Assembly: GCF_026210795.1 (NCBI RefSeq)
Contig: NC_089433.1
Location: forward strand, 2,728,001 to 2,792,000
Origin: Rhizophagus irregularis
Taxonomy: Eukaryota
Direction: 5' to 3'
Length of the DNA stretch: 64,000 bases
A program made the position numbers and the translations under genes. Below the pieces are notes generated by a model that saw only the letters and a list, made by a program, of their open reading frames with translations, made no database searches and was not told where the DNA came from. How positions within the stretch are numbered: position 1 is the stretch's first letter; every line of letters starts with the position of its first letter. Shown in pieces: positions 40,951 to 55,094 of this stretch.

Positions 40951-41812
40951 GCTCAAATAATGTGATACACTTGCATTTTTTACAATATGATTTAACTGAA
41001 AAAAGTATTATCTTTTCTCTTAAGTAAAAAGTACAAAACTACAAATGCATAAGTAATAATCAATAAAATTTAATAAAAATTAAAATTATTATTCACATAT
41101 AATACTTCTTTAAACTGAAAATTACATCTTTTAGTAAAGGATGTATAATGTAACTTCTATAATCCAATTCAATAACTGTTTATTCCTTTTAAATACTATG
41201 ATGTAATCTTAGACATGAAGGTAATGAATAATTAACCAAAAAAAGATAAAATAATTTACAAGTTATTTATAATATAATTATTTATAGTACATTTATTTTA
41301 TATCTATATTTTTATTTAAAAATAAGAAATAAGAAACAAGAAATAAGAAATAAGAAGATAGAAATAAGAAGTAAAAAATAAGAAATTAAATTAAAGAAAT
41401 AAGAAGAAAGAAAATAGATTAAAGAAAATCAGATTCTTTTAGAATTACTTTTAAGGAATTTGTAATTTTTACTGTAGTTTAGTCCTACATAAAAAGGCTG
41501 AGTTTTGGACTTGATTCTAATAGTCTTAGATTTGTGAGTTTTGAAAAAAGGCAGAATGGGTTTAATAAAGAAAAATATTAATTATTAAAAGTTATTTTTA
41601 ATATACTTATAATTTGTTTAAGTTTTAATTAATGTTTGATTTATTAAATAAGAAGTTATGGAAATTATCACAATATAAAAGTAAAATTTATAAGTTGATA
41701 TACAGGAAATTTATAAAAGGAAAACTATTAAAATTTGAAAGTTAAGTTATAAATATTAAAATTTAAACTAAATGAGAATAAATTAATAGTATTTTAGAAT
41801 TTTAGATAATAT

Positions 41813-42256
41813 GAGGTCTTTGCAATAGAAAGGTACGAAACTCAAAAAAAATTTTAATTTTACTTTAGGCCAAAAAAATAAAATTATTCATTTCTCATGA
41901 AAAAAAATTGCTAAATTTGACCCGGCCGCCTGGAAAAAAAATATATAAATTTGGCTGATTCCTAGAAGTTGATTGGTTGATTTAATAAATTTTTTGCCCA
42001 GGTCACTGGGTGGAAAAAAAAATTATTTTTTTATGATTATAATTGGTCAAAACTAAAATCACATGACTAAATAAAATAAATTTTTTTATCTTTTTTTAAC
42101 ATTTATATGACCCGTCCGGTTATGAGAAACGAATAATTTTATTTACTTGGCCTTATATGCTAATTATATTTTTTTTTACTGAAATAAATGCAAATTTAAC
42201 ATTAATTTAATTTTTAATTTTTTTTGAGTTTCATACCTTTCTATTGCAAAGACCTC
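41813..42256. mobile_element. Sola-like MITE (GAG...CTC, ATAT TSD) with a nested Harbinger-like MITE
   Basis: Same TIR and internal sequence as 10061-10215; ATAT on both flanks. Confidence 0.85.
41868..42152. mobile_element. PIF/Harbinger-like MITE
   Basis: TTA|ggccaa...ttggcc|TTA; the empty site tttactttatatgc is present in the 10061 copy. Confidence 0.9.
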
Positions 42257-44444
42257 ATATATTCATTCACAGGTAGCAGATATGGAAAATAATAGAGCTA
42301 TAGGGCCATAATAGTAGAATTTAAGATTATATAGATTGGAAATTTTTTTAACAGTGGTAGTTTTTATATTAGTCTTAAATAAAAAAAAAATGATAAAAAA
42401 AAGAAAAAAGTTTAGTAGATAAAAACTGGTAAGTTATAACAAAAGATATTTATAATATAGATAAAATTTTAATAAAAAAACTTGTAAAAGAATCTTGCAG
42501 AAAAAACATCATGCAAGTTATTTTGAGCTTTTTTGAGAGAAGCTTTCTAATATTTTAATCTTTTACTATTTCATGAATATTATTTAAAAGTTAAATTTCC
42601 TTTATAATTTATTCTAATGATTCAAGTAACTTTTATTATAAAAGTGTAAGTTTTAGAATTCTTTAAGAATAAAATAAAAAACTAGCATAAAAAGAAAAAC
42701 ATACTTGTTTTTGAAATCTAGATATTATTTCATATGATCAGAAATAGTTGTATGTCTTATATATTTTTTAATTTTTATTGCTATATTATTTTGATTTTAC
42801 AATTTTAAAATTACACCAAATAATTCTCTAAACTTTAGGTCTAAAATTAAACAATTAAAATTAGCACAGTCATAGATACTACTAGTTATTAGTTAATAAT
42901 CTTAATAATCTATAATCTACTTAAAAGAATGTTCTTTTTTATGATGGGCAAATTTATTTAAAAGATAGATTACAACTGCACTAGATTTCATTGTCTATTT
43001 CTTTTAAGTATTCTTATTAAAGAGGTATTCAGATGCTAATACTAATTTTTTATCTATTTTTTGAAAAGCCAGCTTAAAATTAAACATTATTTTCTCTTCA
43101 TAATTTTTGAGCCCATAATCAAAATTCGCACTCTAAGAAATAAATTTAAAAAAGATGTTTGAAAAAAGGCAAAAATTATCCAATAACTGTTTATTGTTTC
43201 TAACCTTATTTAAACCATCTGGAGTTGTATCTTTAAATTAATATATAAATTATAAATTTTACAATTTACAATTTACATATTTTATATTAACATATTATAG
43301 GAGAAAAATAGATTTGAAAATTAAGACTTGAGGGCAATGCATAAAACTTAGTTATACAGAATGTGCTTATTTAGAACTATATAGTAAAATTCTATGTATT
43401 AACAAATACATTCTTGATAAATATTTTAAACAAAATATTTTTGATCAAGCTGTAGTATTTAGCTGTAGTATTTGCATTTTAATTTACTGGTAAGATGTGT
43501 TTTTATCATTAAATTGAAATTTATTGTTACCTAATATTTTATTTCTATATTGTTGTGGATTTGTCTAATAATAGTCTGTATTTTAGTTGATACTTAAATA
43601 CTTGAAATTTTTAATTCAAAATTTTTATTTATAGAATAAAATGAATAAAATATATTTAATTTATTATTAATTAAATATATAAATTTTTAAGTATAATCTG
43701 CTAAACACATCACTTCATTTTATAAATGATATATGTATTTGTAACCTTTTTAAAAATCATTTTAATTTTCGAAAATTTTATTAATTGCTAATCTTATACA
43801 TCTACGAATTTGGTTAATTTGTTTGTACTACCAATAAGATCATGCTTTCATGTTGTAGCTTTTGTGGATCGAGAGTTCTCTGTAAATCATTTCATTCATT
43901 TGCAATAACACTATGTCTCAGATTCGTTCATTCAAAATGGAAAAAAAAGAAAACATTTTTTATTATCAACTATCTATATAAGTAAATAATGAAAGTTATT
44001 CATTGTTAAAAATAACCCATTTATTTGCTCTATTTAAGGTATATAAACAATAAATTTTTTGTGTTCGTGTTCATATAATTTCATAGTACCCGGGTGAGAT
44101 TTTTAAATTCGGGACTTTTGACAAGAAACAAAACAGTTTAAAAAAACGGTTAGGCTTGGTAAGGTCACGAGCTCATAACAACAATAAAGTTGTACGTCAT
44201 TTTTCGGCTAAATTTTAATGGTAAAAATTGCGTTAGATCGTCATTGCGAGATCAAATAACAGTAACAGGTAACATAACAGTTAGTTAATATGAGAAAATA
44301 ACAATCATTTCCCATAGCTTCACTAAATTTAGTTAACCGTTAAAATTGTGTTACATAAAATCATATACAAAGGCAACAAATAAGTTATCTTGAGTGTTAA
44401 AATTTTCCCCCGAGCGAAGAACGCTTATAAATTTGAATTTACCA

Positions 44445-47185
44445 ATGACAACGACCTCTCCTCGCAGAATCCCCCGTAGACGAGATTCTTCGAGACAAGC
44501 TGCCTTCACATTTCTCACAAATATCAGCCTTGGAACTGAATCATACCCACCAAGTAATCCTCGGGCAACGGCTGTTCCCAGCCACTCTGTTACCAGCCCT
44601 TCTCAACCATCAGACGTTTCGTTAAAATCAGCTAGTATTGAGAAGCAGCAACAACCAGTCAATAATGATCATGAAGTTCTTGGTAACGATAAGCCAAGTT
44701 TGCAATCCAACACAAAGAGATCAACAACTATCTCCAAACAACCTAAGAAGACGGGAGGAAACCATGTTCTTTCCCAAAATTCAAAAACTACCGATAACGA
44801 TAAAATACTCGACGAGACCTCCATAGAAACTTACGACGAAGAACATAATTTAAATAAGACTCGTGGAAGAAGTAATAGTCTTCGCGAAGAAGCGACAAAC
44901 TTCTTGACGAACATCAGCCTTGATCCCAAAAAATCGAAGCCATATCACCCTTCAAGAGAAGGAAAAGCTGTCCTAGAAACTGGTGATGGTTCGATTATTG
45001 AAGTGGACATGAATCAAGTAGATGATATTATTAATGATTTAGAATGTAATAATAATTATCGCAGGAGTTCAGGTTGGTCATCATTAGAAAATAATATTAA
45101 CATTACGTTGATTTGTATTTTTAATAAAATAACCATTAAGGGAATGAACTTAATTTACAAAAGAAAAATTTTGATTTACAAAAAAAATCACTAAAATTGA
45201 TATATAATTTTTTTATGCCTTCTTTTTTTTTATGATTTCTTATGATTCCTTTTTTTTCATGATTCTTTTTCATGATTCCTTATTTGGAAAATATATTATT
45301 GTTATTACATTTTGTAAAAAAAATTATCTAACGACGACGATACCCAAATCCAAATGAAATTTAAATGAATATCATGTATTAGAATCCACCTATAAATCCG
45401 ATTCGAGCTCATCTTCTGCCAATTCTATCCCTGAAAAATCTGCTTCTCGTAAACCTCAGCGTCGCCATCCATCTCCAAATTCAAATGATAATATTTTAAA
45501 TAGTTCTAATGACTTAAATCGTAAACAAAATAATGCTAATTCTTTGGTGAGTCTGGGAACAAGTAATAACCTAAGTATTTGTACATAAAAAAAATATCTA
45601 ACATATTATAACGTGTATGTACCAAATAAAGCCTTCAGGATTTCTTTCTATGCTGGGATATGATAAGAAATTTAAGCAAAAAAATCGTCGAGATTTAATG
45701 TGCGTATATTTTATTTTTAATCGATCGAAGTCGTTGAAAACTTTTTTAATTTCTAACAATCCGTTATATGTCATCAGGAAGCAAACTGCTGATTTGGAGA
45801 CTATAAAACGACGAAAAGTGAGAATATTTGTAATTTTATTATGAAATAATTTTTTTTAGAAAAATTATAAAATTAACATAACATTCGAAAAATTTTTCAG
45901 GCGGAGTCTTTTGCACATCTTTTAGTACCGAGCAACTCATTAGGGTAAATGTTTAAATTGACATTTTTTTTTTAAGCTCAATTGTGCTATGACAATGATT
46001 TTTAATGTTAAAATCACGTGATCGTACCTTTTTATAATAAAAAGTCTAAAGAATGATGGAGATTATAATCCAACTTACCTTGACAATCCAAACCTAAATA
46101 CAGAAAAGCAACCAGCTAATGAGGTTAAAGAAGTAAAACCAACTAAACATCGAAATGTTCTAAGCTTGTCGGGTATTATGGTAAGTATTTAATCATAAGT
46201 CTATCATATGATGATTTACATAATAAATTAATGAATTCGTATATTTAGGGTTCGTTTATGCATCATAATAACCGTCCATCTGATTTGAAGCGAGAATCAA
46301 ATGCACGGTTTCGCATTTCGCATCCAGATGTTGATCCAACTTTAACGTTAAGTCAAATTAGAAAAGTGAAACTTAAATTGTTAACAGCGGCAACATATGA
46401 AGTTTGTATCTTTTAATGTGGACTATTAAAAGTAGTCAAACTCAAACTCTGAATTTAAATTATTTTTATTTAGGATTTGGATTTAGAGCTTTCGACAGTT
46501 GCAAAAGCTTATGCCTACTTTGAGAAACTAATACTAAAGGTAAGGTTGACAAATTATAAAGACTTCTATAGTTTTTATCCGATAATACAACTAATAATAT
46601 TTTTTTATTTTATAGAGAGTGGTTAATAAGGCTAATCGTAGATTATACGGATGTAAGTTGAATTTACGTTATGATGTTATAGATCCTTTTTTTTTATTTC
46701 CTTTTCAATAAACTTACAATTTTGCACATCTTAGCCATATGTTTATTACTTGCAAGTAAAGTGAACGAACCTATGGGAAAGTCATATTTACCAATATTAG
46801 AGGTGAGTTAAGTTTTATTTATTTCCTTTATATACTATGATGAAGCAAAAACATTCATTTAGTTCTAATCAACAGCTTTTGGTTTTTTTTACTTTCTAAT
46901 AACAAATATAGTCACTACATAAACACTTAGATGTGACAATAAAGGACATAACAGATAATGAATTTTCTGTTTTTGCACATTTAGACTTCGAACTTTATTT
47001 ACCTATGCAGGAATTCATGCCTCATTTCGAACGGCTATTCCAAATAATCGGTAAAGCAATAATGTGTTATTATTTATATTTTTGGAACCTTATATTGATA
47101 CAATTTTTTTTTAATTGAAATAGATTATAATAAAGAAGAATATTTAGGGAGAAATCCATTTTACGAATTTAACCTTATAGGGTGA
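44445..47185 (+). CDS. CABLES-like (CDK5/ABL substrate) cyclin-box protein, multi-exon
   Basis: RQAAFTFLTNISLG, YNPTYLDNP, RPSDLKRESNARFRISHP...LTLSQIRKVK, TVAKAYAYFEKL, CLLLASKVNE, EFSVFAHLDFELYLP. Confidence 0.85.
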
Positions 47186-47544
47186 ATGAGCGTGTGGGCA
47201 AAATCAATGGAACTATTATGAAATTGTTAAGTAGAAATGTTTGACATGTATTATTATTTTATTATATTATCATTTAATAAAAAGGTTTAAGTAATAAATT
47301 ACGAATTCATTAAACTACAACTCATTGGTAAAACATAAACTGATCGAGATATAACATGTCCCTCGGCACACTATACTAGTACCCGTTCACTATATAATAT
47401 GAATTAAATACTTTATCTAAATCATAAAATAACGCCAACCCCAGATATTTAAATCGTTAAAGAATTTTAGCTTAAATTATTTTATTTAAGATACACTCTC
47501 ATTACAAATCATCGTTATAAAAATCATTATTCGTGGAACGATGG

Positions 47545-49254
47545 TTAAATTTCCTCTATTTTATCATCATAATCATCAAGTTGAGATTCATTAATTTTAT
47601 CGCGGCTCTGTTCATCATCTCTCATTAACAAGTTAACGAGTTTTTCTATAATTTCTCCAACATTTTCATCTTTTTCCACAAGATGCATTTGTCGAATTAC
47701 CGGATAAACTTTTTTCTGTCGAAGTATATCACGCCCTTGTTTAGTTGTTGTTAAGAGAACAAGTGATTCTAATAGAGTTATTCTAAGATGTGAATCAGGT
47801 TCACGTTTCTAAATAATAATTAATATGATAATAACATAAATTTATGAATTAATAACAGTAAATACAAATCAAATTTACCTTCTCGGGAGGCAAAAGTTGA
47901 ATATCATCAGGCATTCCTTCCATATCCTAAACATATTAATCAATCAGTTTAGTATTTAACAGAATGAGAATTATAGTAAAATTTTTAGAATTATTTTTTT
48001 AAAATTAGAACTCACATCTGTATCGAATTCTTCCGGTCCACATAAAGGCAAAAGAATGTATGGAAGTATGTTTATTTTTTCCTCCGATAACATATCAAGA
48101 TGATGATCCATTTCAAAGCAACAATTTCTACCCATCAAAAAAAGTGGTTACATGTGAAATAATTGTAAATAAATGCGAGTTGCCATAATCCAATTTTTTT
48201 ATTTAGTCGAAGTGATCATTACTTGATGCAAGATATAACACCGCCCCTTCGAATTATGTTTGAATGTTCGGTAAAAATGATCAGCTTTGATATTGGTGCT
48301 ACATTATCATATGATGCACTTGAAAGAAAAAAATCACGACGTCCTTGAGGTATCTAAGGAATTGTAAGATAACCTACAAAAAAAGCTACAATCAAATATC
48401 ACTGTATATATTAATACATACCATCGATACATTTGCAAATACGCTAGCTAAAAAATGAAATTCTGCCTCCTTGTTATATTTTCTATTTAAACCTTTAACA
48501 AAAACATCAACCAGTTGATCCATCGCTCGCGTTGAGTTAGATAAATATTGTATTGGTTGAACATTTAAAGACAAAATTTTTACACAAATTAGTTCATTTT
48601 TTGTAATATTTGATAAAAGCATACATGCTATATCAGCAAGAATTGCTTCCCGATTCTATTATTGTTCATCAACAAATTATCTTAGTCATTATTAATAAAT
48701 TGATTAATAAAAATTAAGCTTTTATACCGTTATCGTTGTCATCAAATATTTTAAAAAATTTTCATCATTCATTTCTTTGCGAATTTCATCATCACTTGTT
48801 AGATTAACAAGAGCTTTATAAGCATTGTGCGCGGTAACCTGAATTTAATGTGAATAACATTTGATTTCCGTTTTCAAATCACAAATTATTTTGTTGAATC
48901 AATAGGCTCTTACTGTATTATCCTTACAAAGATTCTTCAAGTCAATTATTGGTCTCATGTTATTACGCTTAAATAATGATTGATATTGAGAAGTGCTAAT
49001 TGTATATTCCAATAAATTTTTAAGTGCAATTTGACGAACCTGATTCCAATTTTAAGAGGCAAACATTAATATAAATTCAATATGTTCTTATATACCTACC
49101 ATTTGAAGAGCTTACATCTGAATTATTATCATGCAAAAATTCAAAAAGCTTAAAAAAAAATGAATACCGTAGTAAATTTCTGCAATTATAGAAAGAATAA
49201 AAAATTATTTAAAGAAAAAAAAAATTTCTTTACCGATTCCAATTGTTCTTCCAT
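47545..49254 (-). CDS. HGH1: Protein HGH1 (FAM203; eEF2 chaperone), multi-exon
   Basis: MEEQLES|LFEFLH, CMLLSNITK, FHFLASVFANVS, FTEHSNIIRRGG, KNCCF, LPYILLPLCGPEEF, REPDSHLR. Confidence 0.92.
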
Positions 49255-49559
49255 GTATGTAAATTGGAAGGTGTACTGTTCTTGTCTAATCTAATTCAAA
49301 CAGTATTGATTCAATTCTAAGTTCAAGCTCGTGTGATTATCATTATTCAACGACAAAGCGGCGGCGATTTAGATTCTATGCGACTGCGCTATTAAATGAT
49401 TACGTTATCGGTATACAAAATCCTCAAATATAAATGTAACTTACAGGGCTTGAACCGTTTACTTCATTTTCTAGTTTCCAAGTTTTTTTCCTTTATACCA
49501 AATATTCAGGATATTAAATGAAATAGATATAAATATTTTAAATTAGTAACTGCCACAAA

Positions 49560-52340
49560 ATGACTTGCTCTCACTGTGGAGAAAACAGAATAGAATATGA
49601 TACTGCTGCTGGGCATGCTTTTTGCCCAAAGTGTGGTTTTGTACGTTACTTGCTAATTTTTTCTGAATTATTTGAATGTCACATAATTGACAAGTTTTGT
49701 AAATTTGTAGGTTGTCGAAGAAAGTAAGATCGTTTCCGAGGTTACTTTTGGAGAGAGCGCGTCAGGCGCTGCAATTTTACAAGGATCGTATGTTGGAGCT
49801 GACCAAAGTAAAGTCTTTACTTTTCCTTCTAAGTTGTCGCGTATAATTCTTATCATTATGTGTAAAATTCATAAAAATTGTTTATTAGGGAGAGCTAGAT
49901 CTGCTGGTCCTTATCGTAGACATTCAAGCTTGGATTCTAGAGAGCAAACTATTGCAAATGGTATATATTTATATTTCTTAAAATAAAAATTTATATGTTA
50001 ATAGTAATATGTCAAATATTTTTACAAGGACGACGGCAAATTCAAGCATTAGCTACTGCGCTAAGACTTGCGGATCATCTGATGGAAGCTGCGCAAAGAT
50101 ATTTTAATCTTGCGATTACCAACAACTTCATCCAAGGTAGAAAGACTCAACTTGTTGTCGCGGCTTGTCTCTACATCGTATGCCGTACGGAAAAGACAAG
50201 CCATATGTTGATCGATTTTTCGGACATTTTACAAGTAAATTGTATTCAGAGAAACGGTCGAAATTAAATGAATGATTTGGGTTTGTTGCCAACAAAATCA
50301 AGGTATGAGAGATTGTAAATCATATGGTTCATAGCGTGATTTACTGGCAACAAACCCAATTTTGATGTAATATAAGTATTTGGTCGCTTATGAGATTTAT
50401 TTTATTTAGGTAAATGTTTTCACTTTGGGATCAACATTTTTGAAACTAGTAAGAACACTTCACCTCGTTCTTCCGTTGGTTGATCCATCATTATATATCT
50501 CAAGATTCGCGTCCTTATTAGAATTTGGAGAGGAAACTCCAAAAGTAGTGGCTGATGCATTGCGTCTAGTGCAGAGAATGGATCGTGATTGGATGCAAAC
50601 TGGTAGAAGGCCTGCTGGTATATGTGGAGCGTGTAAGTATTAAATATTAATGCATATTGATTTTCATTACAATTTCTTAGCTTGATAATTCTTATTATAG
50701 GTTTATTAATTGCTGCTCGGATGAATAATTTTCAGAGAAGCATAAAGGAAGTTATTGCTGTTGTAAAGACAGCAGACATAACTATTAAAAAAAGGTATGT
50801 ATTTTTAAGTTATTATTACTATATTATCAATTAAATTTTCTTTTTATATTTTTTATTAGACTTGAGGAGTTCAAAGTTACCCCCACAGGTAAACTTTCTG
50901 TACAAGATTTTAGAAATTTATGGCTTGAACAACAATGCGATCCACCCGCATTTACGCGGGCACGAAAGGCGGCAAAAATTGCCAAGGACAAACGGCATGC
51001 AATGGCCATTTCTGATTCGACATTAAATGAGACTGGTGAGAATTATAATCAAATAACGACAGGTTCATCAAATGGGGAAATAATTGGTTCGAAAAGAAAG
51101 AGGGATCTTAATGATGTGGATGGGGATGAAATTCAATTAAGACAAGGAATATCTGACTTTTATGAGGATAATTCCCAAGCAAAGACTGGAGAATCACAAA
51201 ATGATGAAATAGCAGGTAAAAAAAGAAAGAGAAATCTCACTGAAGCAGACAAAGAAGGACCTTCAGCGCGTATAGACAAAGGCAAACAGCCGATGTGTGA
51301 TTTTGAAGCAGAAGTAGACCGTGTATTAGAGGAAGAAGTGAACTCGTTCCTAGGTGACAAATATTTGTTGAAAGTTAGCACCGATTTGGAAGGTGAAAAT
51401 AAAATTTTGTACCATTTGACTATATTTGTCGTTGTTCCTAAATCTTTTTTTTTTTTGGGTCCATTTAGAAAGAGCTCTCCAAAGTGCAAATTCGGATAGC
51501 GAAGATAGTAAATCTGACGCCGATCAGAACGAAGAGCTAGGGTCTGATCTTGATGAAGATGATGAAGTAAAAAACGCCATTTTAACTGAGGACGAAGTCA
51601 AACTTAAAACTCAAGTTTGGATGGAGCTAAATGGGGATTATTTGAGGGAGATGGAGGGTAAATATATTTTTAGTATTAAAACTTAAATTTTAAACATTAA
51701 CGATGATTCTATACAAAAATAGAAAAAAGAAAACAGCAAGAAATCGATCGGCAAAATGGGATTGGAGTTCGTAGAGTAAGTAATGATTTAATAATTGAAA
51801 CTTACCGACTGTTTAAAATATTATAACGTATATTATATTAAATTTTTTTAATAGCATAAGCGGCCAAGAAAAGGCAGAAATGCTGATCAGATGGTTGCGA
51901 GTACACCAGCAGAAGCCGCAAGGAAACTTTTTGAAGAGAGAAATCTATCAAAGAAAATTAACTTTAAGGTGCTGGATAATCTCTTGGAAAACTTAACAGA
52001 AAGCATTCCCAACACTCCAACATCATGGCGAGATTATGATCCCACAAGCATAAGTGGCTCAGGAATTGCACGTAGCGGGACTCCAGTAAGCAATAATAGG
52101 TGGTCTGACGAGGAAGATTATGATTGGAACCATCAATCTTTAAAGCTAAACAATAAGGATTCGTTAAATAGCACTGCAACTACTCCTGGACTGACGGAAG
52201 ACGGTGATGATTATGTCGAATATGATAATAATGATATATATGGTAGCGAATCATATGAAAAATATGAAAATGACGATCATAATTATGATAATGAATATGA
52301 AGGGGATCCCTATGATGAATCCAATGAGGATGACTATTGA
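49560..52340 (+). CDS. BRF1: TFIIIB subunit Brf1, multi-exon
   Basis: Zn ribbon CSHC...[59 protein letters not shown]. Confidence 0.96.
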
Positions 52341-54285
52341 AGATGTTATATTGGATATGTGATGAACAATTGGTTTTTTATTTTGAAGTTTATTGTTTTA
52401 TTTATTACAAGTTGTCTAAAATTTTAATATACTTATTAGAAATTTCTAAATATCTTGTATTTATCATGTAATATTATACCTACCCTCCGGCTCAACTCAA
52501 AGTTCTTTACATATAAATTGGTGCCATGTTGAGTTTCAATCAAATATGAAATTCTTAGAAAGTAACATTGGCAAAATGTAGTTAATCTATGGGTACACAA
52601 TTATTCTTGAGTGATTACATTATTAGTTAATTGAATTCTATTCAGGGATGAATTTCTGGAATATATTTTATAATACAATCACTATAATGTATCCTTCAGC
52701 TTCTTGTTATATATCAAAATACTGTTTCTCGCAACTTCAAGTCACAAGAGAGATGGATTTAAGTTCAAAACACATTTCTATTTGCATAATTTGTCAACAA
52801 ATACTTTAAATTCAACATTTTCATTGGAATTATCCATCTCGATTAATATCCTATATTTTGAATATAGCATCAAATTTACCTCCTCCTTTTTATTAAGATT
52901 AAAAGAATTTAACCTGTTTTATTAACTCAAATGAAATAGTACCTTTTTTTACTTTATTACCTAAAATCTGCTCAAGAATTATTAACATATATGACAAGGA
53001 ATTCATCCGGAAGGTAGAATTATTTACATCTGGAAGTTTCCATATATAATCTGTCTTTTTATATGATTTAGAAATTAAACATATAAATAATAATATACAG
53101 TATAATTTATATAAGTAACAGCAATTCTTAGAAATTGCTATAACACCTAATATTATCTCAAGGCTTTATATTTATTCTCATATGAAAATATATATCGTTT
53201 TATTTTACTGTTTAATTATATAGCTAAATGATTATTATATATTATTTTCTCTAATATAATCCTTTAAATATGTATTTATACTGTTTATAATTAATGAAAA
53301 TATATATGTTGTAGTAAGATACAATTTTTTCAATTCAAGATGAAAAATTTGACTTTCATGAAATATCATAATATTAATTAAAGATCTAATATAAGATCTA
53401 TATTTTAAAAATATAGTTAAAAAATTTAAAATAAATTAAATATTTATGAAGATTATATTAAAAATTGCCAAAATCATTACAATATATAATTAAAATTACC
53501 TATTAGTAAAAAGACGATTTTATTTATTAATATTATTTATTAATATATCTCAATATATGAAGTAATAGATAGAGTCTAACTGTCTAAATGATTCCTTTAT
53601 TTTATATACTATTTTTATTTATAGATTACATCTAATGATTACTTAAATGTTTATTAATAAATTTAAGTTTAGTATTATGATTTTAGCTAGAAAGTAATGA
53701 CTTTATAATTATGACGACATGCGTACAGCTCGTGACGATGTCCAATAATAATGGCATTTCGGACTTAATAACGGTTTCGTTCATCCGTTGACTAGTACAA
53801 AACCCTTTAATCATTAATCTAATAAATTTATCAATACTTCAATTTTTCTAATATGACGGAATTGAAGGACTATCTTTGAGAATATGGTATATAAATCCTT
53901 AATAATGATAGAAATTTTAGAAAGGTCAATGAGAAGAATACTGATAATGATTTAATTGAAGAAACTTAATCAAATTATTACGTATCCTAAAAATTTTTCT
54001 ACGACGATTAAAAAGTGGTCTCATGTATTTTATAGTCAAATGTTTTAATTCTTTGAAATTTGTCCTTTCCTAGTTTCAATATCTAATGAACAAGCTTATT
54101 TATATAGGAAAAATATATGTCTGGTGATGTCAAACAGATGACCTGAGCAAAAAGCAAAAAAGCAAAAAGAAAAATATTTACATCGTATAGTATAATCATG
54201 TAAGAGGAGGAGAATGAATTTAATATGACATTACATAAACAATAAAAACTTCATTAATATATTAATTTTTGTCAACTGAATTTTT

Positions 54286-54872
54286 TTAAAATCCTGGTGG
54301 AATTAAAGCTCCTCGGGATTGATGTTGTCCTGGTGGCATAGGTTGTTGTCCAGGCTGTCCAGGTTGTCCGTATGGATTACCTCCTTGACCCATCTGTGAG
54401 TTTAGATTCTAATTAGAATTGAAATTTTAAAAAATCACCAATAATATAAATTACCAATTGATCATTTTCCATCTGACTATAAGCTTGATCAAACGCATGC
54501 TCTCTCTCGATTTCATAAGCCAATGGCATAAATATGAGTAAAGCTGAAGTGGTCAATATCCAAGCTCCATTTCCTATAAGCCGAGCGCTTCTCACGCCGA
54601 GGCTCATAATAGTTGATATTTTGTTTGATATAGACTCACGAGTATCCTCTGGTATAATATCACGTAATGCAAGAACTCTCTCTAAAATTGATTCCTCGAG
54701 ATCTTCAGAATCTGAATCATCAGTTGAATAATTTGAGTCGTTATCGGAAGGTTCTCCGTCAGAGAAGTCTTCATGACCTTCTATTACCTAATTTGCAAAG
54801 GAGCAATACTTAATTAAAGAATTTATGTTTAATACCATGAAGTCTGATGTATACCTCTTCAAGTTTGACCAT
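54286..54872 (-). CDS. TOM22: Mitochondrial import receptor Tom22, 3 exons
   Basis: MVKLEE|V, acidic N-domain, ESILERVLALRDIIP, TM GNGAWILTTSALLIFMPLAYEIERE. Confidence 0.92.
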
Positions 54873-55094
54873 TATCAAACTATTCAGACAAAAAATATAA
54901 GAATGAAGAGTTATATAATGTGTAAGATTCCGTAAACCAGGTCCATATTATTCTGCTGATATTCACCTGATATACTTGATGTGCGTGCTGATCGATCATA
55001 TATTCTGGTGCAATGACGCGTCCAACTCTATCTTTTAACCGATATAATGCATTCTAATAATTTCCAAAGTATAATTTCTTTAAGGGAGAGGTTT

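Noticed and set aside
52490..53080. Decayed minus-strand reading frame; similar traces near 32600-33900 and 42900-43230
   Set aside because: Stop-riddled and unassignable by eye; probably old TE or pseudogene debris.
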